A DNA stretch of 64,000 nucleotides. Origin: Escherichia phage KIT01. Positions 26,442-36,519 of the stretch are shown here, in pieces. The position numbers and the translations under genes are program-made. Position 1 is the first letter of the stretch; each line of letters starts with the position of its first letter. Under the pieces are notes generated by a model. The model was not told the DNA's origin, did not search any database, and saw only the letters and a program-made list of their open reading frames with translations. The DNA lies in sequence record AP019521.1; one strand, written 5' to 3'.

Positions 26442-29153
26442 TTAAAAGTCGAACATATCAAATAATGTTGCTTTTTTCTCGTAGTCGATTTTAGCAGATT
26501 CAGTAAAACCAGTCAGAGGTTTGATAAAGGTCTTTTGGAACAGTACGTTGTAGTCCATCCAACGGAGGACCTGGTCACGAATCTGAACCGGAAGTTCAAT
26601 ACCCGACGGCCATGCCATACAAGCTTCACCAAACGGGTTGCCTTCTTTAAGCGGCAGCACATATACCTTTTCACCATCAACGATACGAGGCATAGTCAAA
26701 TCACCTGCAGAAGCACGCATGTAAGCTAAGCAACCTTTGATGTGGTATGGACATTTAGAGCCAGGGAATCCACCTTCATTATATTTCTCGATGTTGTTAG
26801 CACTGGATACTGCTGCAATGCTTACATAGTTGAGTTCGTTAAATTCCTTATTAAACTGTTTGAAATATTCTTGCAAAGATGCCTCGCCTTCCTGAAGCAT
26901 ACGACGGATACATTCCTTCAGAGCTTTCTGAACTGCTTTAGGTGTACTTGATTTCTGAGTTTCAAGACCCATGATTTTCAAGTGTGGTTCGGCATAACGA
27001 GTACCTTCCATGTCCCAAACGTTAAGTGCATAACGTTTCTTGCCTGTCCAGAATCCACCAAGACCTTTAGAACCAAGTGGAGGACCAGCGATAGCTTCTC
27101 GGTCCATGAACATCAAGTGCTGTTTGTTGTTCATATACTCGCACATCTCACGGAAGCCTGCATCAATAGCAGGTTCCATACGTTCACGTGCAAATTTATC
27201 TAAGAAGTCGACCCAGTGGTTAGTATCACGGAATTTATCTTCGCCTACTTTATTGATGATTGCATCCGCCTTAACATAAATGGAGTCAGTATCACCATAG
27301 AGCACGAACTTCTGATTTTCAGTCTTACACACGCTATTCAGATATTCGTTAACCTTACGTTCAATCCATTGGAGGGCCATTTGACCAAACAGTGTGATTG
27401 CAGTTGCGTTCCTGAGGTCATAGTAACGGAACCATACGTTACCAAGTGCACCATAAAGGGAGTTGATAAGCAACTTACGGTTAATCTGAGCAGTGTTACC
27501 TGCAACTTCAGTGAGCTCGGCTTTCTTCAACATTTCTCTTAAAGAAGGCGCTGACAGTGCTTTAATCTGGGCTTTGATTTCGTCAGAGAAGTCAAAACGA
27601 TAATCGATATCCAGTGGACTATCAACTGAGAGATTAGGATTTTCCAATGCTTCTTTAATTAACTCACCATTACGTTGAGCTGCAAGCATGTAACCTTTAT
27701 GTTCTTTACGCTGCAAGAATACCTTGGTGATTTCTGTCGGAATCACACCTTCACGGTCTTTATAATACATCATGCCGTTAGGAGAGCAACTGTAGACGTC
27801 GCTAGGACGCGGAGCTGTTCCGGCAATATATTCATGTATCGGTGCGTTAGCGAATGTCCCTGCGATGGTCTCTGGGCTTATATTCACTTGTCGAATGATA
27901 CTCGGGTACAGAGATGTAAGGTCGAAACTCATTACATATTTGTAAGCGTTAGGAATCGGTTCCTTAACGAAAGCACCAGGATAAGGTTGGACCACGTGTG
28001 AACGAGCTTGTGGAATTACCTTGCCTTGTTCTTTAAGACTATTAAAGATAATAGCGTCCCAAGTCTTAATTGGACTGAACACCGACTGAATCTGCATCTT
28101 GGCATAATAACCCATGTCCAAACTCAGAAGAATGAACTGGCGTTTCATATCAATCTGCACTACACGATATACGTCGATAATGTTATAGGAAATATATCGT
28201 TGGTGGTTCGTCTCACGTAACTTAGAGATCGGACCATCATATTTCAACTTACCTACTTTCAATTCATATTCAGAAACATAATCCAGAGAATAAGAAGGCT
28301 GGTTGGTGAAGCTGAATTTTTTATAAAGGTCGATATAATCTAGAACAGAGATACCGAACAAAGTAATGATTTCACGAGCACCGTACATGTTCTCGATAAC
28401 TTTAACACGAGTTTTACGATGCGGGCTTAATCGCTTAGCAGTGTTCTCACCGAACAGATTTTTCAGACGGTTATAAACGTACGGCACGTCAAACGACTCA
28501 ACGTTCCATCCAGTCAAAATCACAGGGGTTTTCTGTTGCCAGAAATTCAAGTACTCAAGCATCATTTCTTCTTCGGAATTAAACGGAAGATAAACGATTT
28601 TGTCAATGATTTCCTGTGGAACTTCGTCACCACCTTCTTCTTGGAGTTTCTCAGCGATTTTAATCGACCACTCTTCAACAGTACCATAAGGCGAAACTAA
28701 AAGGTCGAATACATAGAATTTATCGTCAATCGAGTCGTAGTGGGTAATGGCATCGATAGGATGTTTGGCCTGAGCTGGTTCAGGGAATCCATCAGGAGAT
28801 GTTACCTCGATGTCGAAGTTAGCAATACGAATCTTAGAAGAATCATATTTGATTTCTTTACGATAGGTATCAGACAAATAGGCTAATTTATAGTCGTCCA
28901 TACCCAGGGCTTCGAGACCCATATCGTCCATACGTTTCATCCATTGGGATGCATCACGCATAGAATCGAATTCTTTCTTAACACAACCCTTACCATAGAT
29001 ATCAATGTATTTTACGGCTTGCTCTGGATTAGCATGCATAAACATTGTAGGCTTGTATGGAACTTCACGACTACGTTCGTTACCATTTTTATCGATGTAA
29101 CGTTCGAGAATATTATCACCGATTTGTTCGACTGTCAAATAGAATTCTTGCAT
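26442..29153 (-). CDS. 43: DNA polymerase (family B)
   Basis: start set at MQEFYLTVEQIG matching T4 MKEFYISIETVG; exonuclease motifs, YGDTDS, C-terminal clamp-binding tail. Confidence 0.95.
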   Translation of the reverse strand: MQEFYLTVEQIGDNILERYIDKNGNERSREVPYKPTMFMHANPEQAVKYIDIYGKGCVKKEFDSMRDASQWMKRMDDMGLEALGMDDYKLAYLSDTYRKEIKYDSSKIRIANFDIEVTSPDGFPEPAQAKHPIDAITHYDSIDDKFYVFDLLVSPYGTVEEWSIKIAEKLQEEGGDEVPQEIIDKIVYLPFNSEEEMMLEYLNFWQQKTPVILTGWNVESFDVPYVYNRLKNLFGENTAKRLSPHRKTRVKVIENMYGAREIITLFGISVLDYIDLYKKFSFTNQPSYSLDYVSEYELKVGKLKYDGPISKLRETNHQRYISYNIIDVYRVVQIDMKRQFILLSLDMGYYAKMQIQSVFSPIKTWDAIIFNSLKEQGKVIPQARSHVVQPYPGAFVKEPIPNAYKYVMSFDLTSLYPSIIRQVNISPETIAGTFANAPIHEYIAGTAPRPSDVYSCSPNGMMYYKDREGVIPTEITKVFLQRKEHKGYMLAAQRNGELIKEALENPNLSVDSPLDIDYRFDFSDEIKAQIKALSAPSLREMLKKAELTEVAGNTAQINRKLLINSLYGALGNVWFRYYDLRNATAITLFGQMALQWIERKVNEYLNSVCKTENQKFVLYGDTDSIYVKADAIINKVGEDKFRDTNHWVDFLDKFARERMEPAIDAGFREMCEYMNNKQHLMFMDREAIAGPPLGSKGLGGFWTGKKRYALNVWDMEGTRYAEPHLKIMGLETQKSSTPKAVQKALKECIRRMLQEGEASLQEYFKQFNKEFNELNYVSIAAVSSANNIEKYNEGGFPGSKCPYHIKGCLAYMRASAGDLTMPRIVDGEKVYVLPLKEGNPFGEACMAWPSGIELPVQIRDQVLRWMDYNVLFQKTFIKPLTGFTESAKIDYEKKATLFDMFDF

Positions 29154-29208
29154 TTCATTTCCTTTATAGACGAGTGATTGTCTTTTGTTTGTTGATGAAT
29201 CATTATAC

Positions 29209-29233
29209 TCCAAAAGGGACCGAAGTCCCTTTG
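29209..29233 (-). terminator. UUCG hairpin between regA-downstream ORF and gene 43
   Basis: minus GGGAC-UUCG-GUCCC followed by UUUU; may also act as gene 43 leader structure. Confidence 0.45.
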
Positions 29234-29234
29234 C

Positions 29235-29450
29235 TTAAATTTCTATTGTAAAACGTTTAATGGATGGATTGCCATATTCGTCTTTAGTTCTAATCATAGC
29301 CTGGAAGACTTTCTGACCTGGATGTAGCAACTTATGGAGTTCCTTTTGAAATTCTATTTGGAGCTCTTCGGAAAGGTCAAAAACAGTTTGAGTTGGGGAA
29401 AGTCCGTATACCTCTTTAAGACGTTCACACGTTTCAATTTCAAGAATCAT
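29235..29450 (-). CDS. small hypothetical protein
   Basis: start MILEIE 1 nt after regA stop; terminator hairpin just downstream. Confidence 0.35.
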   Translation of the reverse strand: MILEIETCERLKEVYGLSPTQTVFDLSEELQIEFQKELHKLLHPGQKVFQAMIRTKDEYGNPSIKRFTIEI

Positions 29451-29451
29451 A

Positions 29452-29814
29452 TTAATTACCAATGGTGTACTTAGACAACAGTTCCCAGTCATTTTTCTGC
29501 TTAAAGGAAATGACACGGAAATTATTAGTGATTTCGAACAGGTCAGAGTCGTCTACGATATCAATCAGTCCCCACTCCTTAAGAAGCTGGGCAATTGAAT
29601 CACGACGTTGGTAGTCTTCACCATCGATATCAACTTGGCGGCCATCCATACGTAACATCTCTTTAAAGTGGACGATATAGTATAGTCCTTGCTTTTGCAG
29701 AATGTGGCAGGATTGATATAGTTTCTTTTCTTTATTATTAGCGATACCCATACGAGTTAGGGTCTCTTTCACTTTCAAGAAGTCTTCAGGTTGTTTCAGA
29801 GTAATTTCAATCAT
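29452..29814 (-). CDS. regA: translational repressor RegA
   Basis: 120 aa; MIEITLKQPEDFLKVKETLTRMGIANNKEK...FRVISFKQK matches T4 RegA. Confidence 0.85.
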   Translation of the reverse strand: MIEITLKQPEDFLKVKETLTRMGIANNKEKKLYQSCHILQKQGLYYIVHFKEMLRMDGRQVDIDGEDYQRRDSIAQLLKEWGLIDIVDDSDLFEITNNFRVISFKQKNDWELLSKYTIGN

Positions 29815-29820
29815 TTTAAT

Positions 29821-30393
29821 TTACCATTCCAATGCTTTCTTTTTCAAGTCTTTTTGTTCTTTAACATTTTTAGTTACAGATTTCAGGAATTCGTCCGTAA
29901 CCAACCCTTTCATCTTCTTAAGCACAGCCGGAAGATGGCCTTTAATTTTATAAGTCTCGAGATAACGATAAGCGTCATCATTATTAATTGAATGGTATTT
30001 CATCAATAAACGAGTAATAAAAACTACACTAACTTCATCATCATGGGCCTTAGCCCATTTACCAAATCTCTTACCCTTAGGAACCGCGTGTAAAAGATAG
30101 TTAAAATGACTTTGGTCATCAAGTTTCAAACAGTTAACCATTGCAGCTTGCATAATGCAATCCACATGTTGGCTCAAACTATTATCAAGCCAAAATTGAT
30201 TGTAGTTTTCCGATTGAGCCAAGTTACGTTGGTTCTTACCATATGTGATATCGTTCATAATGGCGAACAATTCGTTTTCAGCCTTTTCTTTAAATGAATC
30301 AGCCAAGGCTTGAATAGCTGCATCGTTACGTTGTTTCCATGCAACTTCATGTTCGTTCAGTTCAACGTCATCATCAAAAAGACTTATAGCCAT
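29821..30393 (-). CDS. 62: clamp loader small subunit
   Basis: 190 aa; SFKEKAENE...GLVTDEFLK.VTKNVKEQK.LKK.ALEW matches T4 gp62. Confidence 0.85.
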   Translation of the reverse strand: MAISLFDDDVELNEHEVAWKQRNDAAIQALADSFKEKAENELFAIMNDITYGKNQRNLAQSENYNQFWLDNSLSQHVDCIMQAAMVNCLKLDDQSHFNYLLHAVPKGKRFGKWAKAHDDEVSVVFITRLLMKYHSINNDDAYRYLETYKIKGHLPAVLKKMKGLVTDEFLKSVTKNVKEQKDLKKKALEW

Positions 30394-31343
30394 TGGAGCT
30401 CCAGAGCAAGTTGGATGAACAGATAAGTCATGTGAATTTCTGGGTTAGCCGCAATACCGTGGTATTGGTTATTTTCACCGACAATTTCGTACATTCTAAC
30501 AATGCTTGGCCCAGGCAATTTACCATAGAGTTCGTTAGCCAGCGACATAATAAAGTTGGAATAATCGTTGACATGACGTGGAGCTAATGCACGGAGTTCT
30601 TTAAAGTTTTTATCTTTAAGTGCAGCCACTACTTCATCGATAGGCGAATTGGTATTCATTACAATACTCAAAATGCCTGTATCGATTTTACCACTGGATG
30701 AGTAACGGTCCAGTTGGTTAACTGTTTTACGGAAGTCAGGAAAGTTTTGCTTAACTAAGGCAGCAATAACTTTAAGGTCTTCGACTTCGATATTTTCGTT
30801 TTTACAGATTGCTACAGCACGATGAATCATTTCTTTCATCATGGATGTTTGGTCGGCTGGAGTGGCTTCACCAAATTTAATAACACGACAACGGGATTGA
30901 AGTGGACCGATAATACCATCAATATTGTTTGCTGTAATAATTACAGAACAGTTTGAGGAATAGGCTTCTAAGAACGAACGAAGGTGACGTTGAGCTTCAG
31001 CAACACCAGCACGGTCGAATTCGTCGATAACAATTACCTTACGTTTACCTTCAATAGATTTGGAAGATGCAAAACGAGTAAGTTCATTACGAACGAAATC
31101 AATACGGCAGTCGGAACCGTTAACAAACAGCATGTCTGAATTTGTATCAGCACACAATGCTTTAGCGACGGTAGTTTTGCCTGTGCCTGGTGAAGAAGAG
31201 ACTAGGATAATGTTAGGGATTAGGCCCTTATTAACAATGGCTTGGAGGGTTTCTTTATCATGCGCAGGCAGAATACACTCAGATAAAGTACCCGGACGAT
31301 ATTTCTGCTCGAACATGAATTCATTATTGTTTACTGTAAGCAT
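30384..31343 (-). CDS. 44: clamp loader ATPase subunit
   Basis: 319 aa; SPGTGKTTVAKALC, VIDEFDR, near-collinear with T4 gp44. Confidence 0.9.
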   Translation of the reverse strand: MLTVNNNEFMFEQKYRPGTLSECILPAHDKETLQAIVNKGLIPNIILVSSSPGTGKTTVAKALCADTNSDMLFVNGSDCRIDFVRNELTRFASSKSIEGKRKVIVIDEFDRAGVAEAQRHLRSFLEAYSSNCSVIITANNIDGIIGPLQSRCRVIKFGEATPADQTSMMKEMIHRAVAICKNENIEVEDLKVIAALVKQNFPDFRKTVNQLDRYSSSGKIDTGILSIVMNTNSPIDEVVAALKDKNFKELRALAPRHVNDYSNFIMSLANELYGKLPGPSIVRMYEIVGENNQYHGIAANPEIHMTYLFIQLALELQWL

Positions 31344-31404
31344 ATTAATTTCCTCAGGTTTGTTTTTACATTATACTCCAAGGGAGGAATCTCCTCCCTA
31401 TGCT

Positions 31405-32103
31405 TTAGAACGAGTGGCTTGAGCCTGCTTCCATAGCCAATACATAAGAAGCTTGTGAACCTTCAAACTTGGCTGCGAAACGAGCGTCCTGACCTTCACC
31501 ACGAGCCCATAACAATACATGGTAATCGGCAGGCATCATTTTCATATTAGTTTTGTTGATAATGAATTTGAATTCAGGGCCATCATGGTCTGCAACCACT
31601 AAGGAATACAATGGACGTGCCAGGTCCTTATCATCAACTTGTTTGTAACCGTTGATTACAATTTTACCATTGTCTACAGTAATAGCAAATGTATCAATAC
31701 TCAGTCCAGAGGACACACGCATCAACTGTTGGTAATCTTCGGCTTTAAGGTCAAAAATAACTTCAGCCACTGGGAACGGAATAGCTTTGCTTGGGAATGC
31801 AATTGTGCTTGGGTCGGCAATAGGCCACTTAATAGTTGAACGTTGGTCTTTAATAATTAGAGTGGTTTGGTCTTCACTTACCGAAACTTCAGCACTTTCA
31901 GATACCAATGACAGAATACTTAAGAAGCCGTTCAGGTCGTAGATTGCGGCTTCGATATCAAAGGTGTCATTTACAGTAGCTTCACCATAACTTGCACCAG
32001 TTACTGAACGAGTTAGAATAGTGTTACCAGGTTTAAGCATGATACCTGGGTTAATACTGGAGAAGTTTTTCAGAATGTTCAGAGTTTCTTTAGAGAATTT
32101 CAT
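31405..32103 (-). CDS. 45: sliding clamp
   Basis: 232 aa; collinear with T4 gp45 (LKNF..IN.GIML..., KFEG..A.YV.A.EA.S.H.F). Confidence 0.9.
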   Translation of the reverse strand: MKFSKETLNILKNFSSINPGIMLKPGNTILTRSVTGASYGEATVNDTFDIEAAIYDLNGFLSILSLVSESAEVSVSEDQTTLIIKDQRSTIKWPIADPSTIAFPSKAIPFPVAEVIFDLKAEDYQQLMRVSSGLSIDTFAITVDNGKIVINGYKQVDDKDLARPLYSLVVADHDGPEFKFIINKTNMKMMPADYHVLLWARGEGQDARFAAKFEGSQASYVLAMEAGSSHSF

Positions 32104-32131
32104 AATGTTTCCTTATCAAGTCAAAAATTAA

Positions 32132-32545
32132 TTAAGCAATAACGATCATTTGTTTACGAATGGATTCAGGCAGAGATTCAATATACTCTGGAATCTGGGA
32201 AGCAACAATAGCACCAGCTTCAAGCAGTTGTTCGTCAAAATCTACGCAATAATCATCTTCGAGACGTTCAGAACCATCACGGTCGATAACCAGTTTAGCA
32301 CCTGCGGCCAGTGAATCATTATAGTGGCGACGCATAATTTCTACCCACTTATCGGATACGTCGTTATCAATGATACCGTAGAGCATGAACTTAGTTTCTT
32401 GTGGAAGAGACTGCAGACGACGTGCAGAGTTGGTATCAATATTCAGTACCCATGATTTACGGATACGGTTTTGATTATGTGGGTTGGAATCAGTACGAAT
32501 GGTTTTAACTTGGATATCTTTAACAGTAATAGCGTTAGCAAACAT
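32132..32545 (-). CDS. RNA polymerase-binding protein RpbA-like (by position)
   Basis: start set at MFANAITV; MotA-box middle promoter immediately upstream; position between 45 and 46. Confidence 0.45.
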   Translation of the reverse strand: MFANAITVKDIQVKTIRTDSNPHNQNRIRKSWVLNIDTNSARRLQSLPQETKFMLYGIIDNDVSDKWVEIMRRHYNDSLAAGAKLVIDRDGSERLEDDYCVDFDEQLLEAGAIVASQIPEYIESLPESIRKQMIVIA

Positions 32546-32572
32546 AATATTTTCTCTCATTTGGTTGGTAGA

Positions 32573-32601
32573 TGTATTATAAATCAATATTTTAAAGCAC
32601 T
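32573..32601 (-). promoter_or_regulatory. candidate MotA-dependent middle promoter for rpbA-like gene
   Basis: minus strand GTGCTTTAAA - 11 nt - TATAAT. Confidence 0.45.
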
Positions 32602-32607
32602 TAACGT

Positions 32608-32802
32608 TTAATCAAAGTATTCATAAACGAACCAGGCAGGGTTCCTGTTCGACATGATTCTATCATACTCTGACTTAAAAGCATTTCGGAGATAATCTTC
32701 AGTAACAAGATGTTCGTCTCCAGAGAAGTTATTAACTAAAACATACCGCTTTAGTTCAGGAACGGCCAACAAATGCTGGCCTGTTATAAAATTGGAAGCC
32801 AT
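32608..32802 (-). CDS. hypothetical protein
   Basis: 64-aa ORF. Confidence 0.4.
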   Translation of the reverse strand: MASNFITGQHLLAVPELKRYVLVNNFSGDEHLVTEDYLRNAFKSEYDRIMSNRNPAWFVYEYFD

Positions 32803-32845
32803 ATAAATATCTTTATCAGTCGCTGTATCAAATAAGGATTTGATA

Positions 32846-33562
32846 ATGAATTATAAATCAATATACGAAAAGCTTATTCAACGAGCAGTTAATAGAAATT
32901 TAACTACCTATAAAGAACGTCATCACATTATACCACAATGCATGGGTGGGACGGATGACGCTTTAAACTTGGTAGACTTAACACCTGAAGAACATTACTT
33001 GGCTCATCAGTTGTTAGTTAAAATCCATCCAGATAACGCATCGTTAGTCTACGCAGCAAGAATGATGACAGTTAGCTCACCAAAAGCTGATAGGTCTAAA
33101 AATAAATTATTTGGATGGCTTCGTCGTAAGAATTCAGAAGCCCAAAAGGATAAAGAATTCTCTGAAGAAACCAGAAAGAAAATGTCAATTTCTGCTTTAA
33201 AAAAGCCTAGAGTTACCTGTCCACACTGCGGCAAAACTGGATTGGTAGGCAATATGAACAGATGGCATTTCGATAACTGCCCTAAAGGCCCTAATAAAGT
33301 GGACCGCTCTATATCTGAAGAGCAAAAATTAAAAATAAAGAAAGGCCTAGAAAACATGGTCTATAAAATTGTGGAATGTGAATTCTGCGGCCTTTCAGGA
33401 AAATCCTGTGTTATTGCCTCTCATAAAGTTTTTTGTAAGAAAAATCCTAACGGGCGCAAAAAAACAGAAAAGAAGGTAGAATGCCCTCATTGTGGTAAAC
33501 AAGGGAATTCCGGTAATATGAATCGTTGGCATTTCGATAACTGTAAAATGAAGCCTCAATAA
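32846..33562 (+). CDS. free-standing HNH homing endonuclease with repeated zinc-finger modules
   Basis: ATG at 32846 after AAGGA; HNH core HHIIPQCMGGTDDALNLVDLTPEEHYLAHQ; three CxxC..C modules, two near-identical (CPHCGK.G..GNMNRWHFDNC). Confidence 0.8.
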   Translation: MNYKSIYEKLIQRAVNRNLTTYKERHHIIPQCMGGTDDALNLVDLTPEEHYLAHQLLVKIHPDNASLVYAARMMTVSSPKADRSKNKLFGWLRRKNSEAQKDKEFSEETRKKMSISALKKPRVTCPHCGKTGLVGNMNRWHFDNCPKGPNKVDRSISEEQKLKIKKGLENMVYKIVECEFCGLSGKSCVIASHKVFCKKNPNGRKKTEKKVECPHCGKQGNSGNMNRWHFDNCKMKPQ

Positions 33563-33567
33563 GAGGC

Positions 33568-35262
33568 TTATTCCATAATTGTAAATCGACCAACCTTTTT
33601 CATTTGTAAATGCTGACCGTACGCTTGAGGGTCATGGTCCCTGTGGCTGATTATAAAAACATTACTGTCTTCAAGACTATTAAGAATACTTGCAATCGCC
33701 TTAACAGCCTCAGCGTCAACTGCTCCGTCAAAAACTTCATCCAACACTAATGTACTGATGTGGACTCCACTGACTTTTTCAGCAATATCACGCCATGTAA
33801 AAAGTAGTGCGATATCAATACGTGCTTTCTCACCCTGTGAAAATGAAGCATAACTAAAGTCTTCACGTCCACGTGATTTAATCGTCTCATTGAATTCTTC
33901 GTCTAGGGTAAAGACGTAGTCGGCTTCCATAATCTTCAAATAAGAATTTATCTGCTTATTAAAGATAGGAATGTATTTCTTAATAATGGAACCTTTAATA
34001 CCGGTATCCTTCAACATTTCTGTTAGAATTCCACGATGATATTTTTCCATTACCAATGTGGATTTGGTAGAGACGATTTTATCAAGTTCTGCTTGAAGCG
34101 CTGCAATCTCTTCGGCGTTACTTACGAACTCAGCAGCGGCCTGGTCAATTAATACTTTAACCTTTTTAGCTTTCTCTACGGCAGTAATGGCTTGTTGCTT
34201 ATGAGTAGCTATCTGGGATTTAATAGCCAGAGCTTTATTACGTTGTTCGGTTACTTGGTCCTTAATGAGCTTGAGTTCTTGATACTGCTCATTAATCTTA
34301 TCCAAAGATTTTTGAAGCTCAAAGTTCTTATCCTTAATTTTAGTAAGGATATTTCCGTGCTCTTCCAATCCTTGCATACACGTAGGACAGCTGCCGCCAG
34401 TTTCGTATAATTTCACGACCTTAGTAAAGGTTGCCATATCATTCTTGATTGCAAACCCTTTATTGCTCAGGTCACTCATGGAGTTGCTAGGGTCATCATC
34501 GACGATAACATTGAGTAATTCATCAGTTAGTTTTTCTATATTGCCCTTCGCAGTCCTGGCTTCTTTAACGAGCTCGTCATACATTACTTGTAGACGTGCT
34601 GCGTTCTCGCCAGATAATTTACGTTGACGTTCTTCGTTGTCATTATAAATTTTAATCTGTTGGGTAATAGAATCCTGTTTAACGTCGATTACTTGGATTT
34701 GGCTATTAGTCTCACGAATCAAAGATTTGTTCAACTTATCCATATCCGCTAATACAGAAACCTCTAAGAGGTCTTCGACGAGTTTTCTTCTTGCAGGAGT
34801 GGATAGGCCCATAAAAGGGGTATATCCAGCTGTCCCGAGTACGACAATCTGTTTGAAGCTTGTGTAGGACATTCCGATAAGCTGTTCAAATTCTGCTTGG
34901 AAGTCCTTACTGCTGGCAGATTCATCAAGACGTTCACCGCCACAAGAGATTTCAAAAACGTTGGGTTTTTGCCCACGTTTGATGTAGTATTCTTTGCCAT
35001 CATATTCCATCCACAGTTCGACCAAAAGGTCTTTCTTATTACTTGAGTTAATCAACTGCCCTTTCTTAACATCACGAAAAGGCTTACCAAACAGAGCAAA
35101 TGTAACAGCTTCAAGGAACGTAGATTTCCCAGCGCCATTTTTACCGGTGACTAAGGTCTTTTGGACCTTATCAAGTTGGATTGTAATAGGTTGCTGGCCT
35201 ACCGACATAATATTTTTATACGTTACTTTCTTTAACTTAAAAGTCTTCATCGTTATAAGCAT
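33568..35262 (-). CDS. 46: recombination endonuclease subunit (Rad50/SbcC-like)
   Basis: 564 aa; Walker A GKNGAGKST, coiled-coil middle with CPTC zinc hook, Walker B/D-loop at C-terminus. Confidence 0.9.
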   Translation of the reverse strand: MLITMKTFKLKKVTYKNIMSVGQQPITIQLDKVQKTLVTGKNGAGKSTFLEAVTFALFGKPFRDVKKGQLINSSNKKDLLVELWMEYDGKEYYIKRGQKPNVFEISCGGERLDESASSKDFQAEFEQLIGMSYTSFKQIVVLGTAGYTPFMGLSTPARRKLVEDLLEVSVLADMDKLNKSLIRETNSQIQVIDVKQDSITQQIKIYNDNEERQRKLSGENAARLQVMYDELVKEARTAKGNIEKLTDELLNVIVDDDPSNSMSDLSNKGFAIKNDMATFTKVVKLYETGGSCPTCMQGLEEHGNILTKIKDKNFELQKSLDKINEQYQELKLIKDQVTEQRNKALAIKSQIATHKQQAITAVEKAKKVKVLIDQAAAEFVSNAEEIAALQAELDKIVSTKSTLVMEKYHRGILTEMLKDTGIKGSIIKKYIPIFNKQINSYLKIMEADYVFTLDEEFNETIKSRGREDFSYASFSQGEKARIDIALLFTWRDIAEKVSGVHISTLVLDEVFDGAVDAEAVKAIASILNSLEDSNVFIISHRDHDPQAYGQHLQMKKVGRFTIME

Positions 35263-35500
35263 CCTTGATGCATGATTCAGCCATATGAATTAATGTTTCT
35301 GGAGTATCATCTACCATTACATTAAAGCTAAATTCCACAGCCCAATCGGTAGCAACATAAACTTTAATAAGCTCGTTGGTATCGCGAGTGCTCACGGCTT
35401 CAAACCAGAACTTAATTGTATTAGGTTGTCCGTCGTCATCAATAACGATACAGTCGTGTTCTAGTTCAAGGCCTGATTTTTTGAATTCATCTAAAGTCAT
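35237..35500 (-). CDS. hypothetical protein
   Basis: 87-aa acidic ORF between 46 and 47. Confidence 0.4.
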   Translation of the reverse strand: MTLDEFKKSGLELEHDCIVIDDDGQPNTIKFWFEAVSTRDTNELIKVYVATDWAVEFSFNVMVDDTPETLIHMAESCIKDAYNDEDF

Positions 35501-36519
35501 CGTGTAACCTCATTATAAAGTTGCGCGGCCATAGTCTTAAGGGCTTTAACATCATCTTCAGTGTGGCCGTCAGGAAGGGCATCGATATAATCATACATCA
35601 TATCCAAGAGGGACTTAACTTCATCTTCCTCTTCAGAATCATCGATATCAACACTGTTATCTACCTTAGACACAATACGTAAAGAATGGACAACCTTTTC
35701 AAGCTCTGATTCGAACTTAGTAAGTCCATCATCGATTTTATCGACTATAACACGAACTGCGATATTTGTAAAATCTTTGTAATCGATAGTCGCATTTGGA
35801 TAATGAATCTTACGGTGCCAACAGGTTTCATTGATGATGAAATCCATCTTATGAGTTTCTGTATCGAAAATCCAGAAGCCGCGAGGGTCATTCTCATCAC
35901 CTGCAGTTAGGGTCCAGGGCGTACCAATATACTTAACGTTTGCTGCATCAGAAATAGTGTGGAAGTGGCCTGACCAAACCTGCTTATATCTCTTAAGGAA
36001 ATCAGGTTCTAAACCATGGGATTTCATTCCTTTATAGAAATAGAAACCATTTAATTCCCAGTGACCTATACAGAAATCTGCCGTGGTATTTTTGATATGG
36101 TCCATGATATCAGTCGTGTTTTCTTCACACATCCATGGAATCAAATCAATTTCGGTGCCATCAAAATTAACAGTAGTAGGTTTCTCGTAAACAGTAAAAT
36201 TTTCATACTGAGTAAGAAGTTCAGAAACTGCATTAGGAGTTATGCTATTTTTAAACGTTGCATCATGGTTACCAATTATAACATGGACTTTAATACCTGC
36301 ATCGCTGATAATTTCCACCAGACCACGATTAAATTCCATACATTTATGGGTGATAGCCTTGCGTACATCGAACCAATCACCATATTGAATCCATGTATCA
36401 ATATTGTTTGCTTTAGAATATTCTACAGCCTGTTTAATACCGTTAAGCTGGATTTTCTGAATCCAAGGGTCATCGGCTTTTACTCCGATATGCAAATCAC
36501 CTATATTCAAAATTTTCAT
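35497..36519 (-). CDS. 47: recombination endonuclease subunit (Mre11/SbcD-like)
   Basis: 340 aa; phosphoesterase motifs GDLHIG, GNHD, GHWE matching T4 gp47. Confidence 0.9.
   Translation of the reverse strand: MKILNIGDLHIGVKADDPWIQKIQLNGIKQAVEYSKANNIDTWIQYGDWFDVRKAITHKCMEFNRGLVEIISDAGIKVHVIIGNHDATFKNSITPNAVSELLTQYENFTVYEKPTTVNFDGTEIDLIPWMCEENTTDIMDHIKNTTADFCIGHWELNGFYFYKGMKSHGLEPDFLKRYKQVWSGHFHTISDAANVKYIGTPWTLTAGDENDPRGFWIFDTETHKMDFIINETCWHRKIHYPNATIDYKDFTNIAVRVIVDKIDDGLTKFESELEKVVHSLRIVSKVDNSVDIDDSEEEDEVKSLLDMMYDYIDALPDGHTEDDVKALKTMAAQLYNEVTR

Noticed and set aside
29154-29213. 20-codon N-terminal extension of the DNA polymerase ORF (MEYNDSSTNKRQSLVYKGNE)
   Set aside because: T4 gp43 starts at the equivalent of MQEFYL, and that ATG at 29153 has an SD-like AAGGAAA upstream; the extension is upstream ORF read-through of the track.
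26535-29251. Series of plus-strand ORFs (64-108 aa) across the DNA polymerase gene
   Set aside because: All fall within gene 43, whose identity is secure.
32546-32587. N-terminal extension of the rpbA-like ORF
   Set aside because: The first ATG lies inside the -10 element (TATAAT) of the predicted middle promoter, so it would not be on the transcript.
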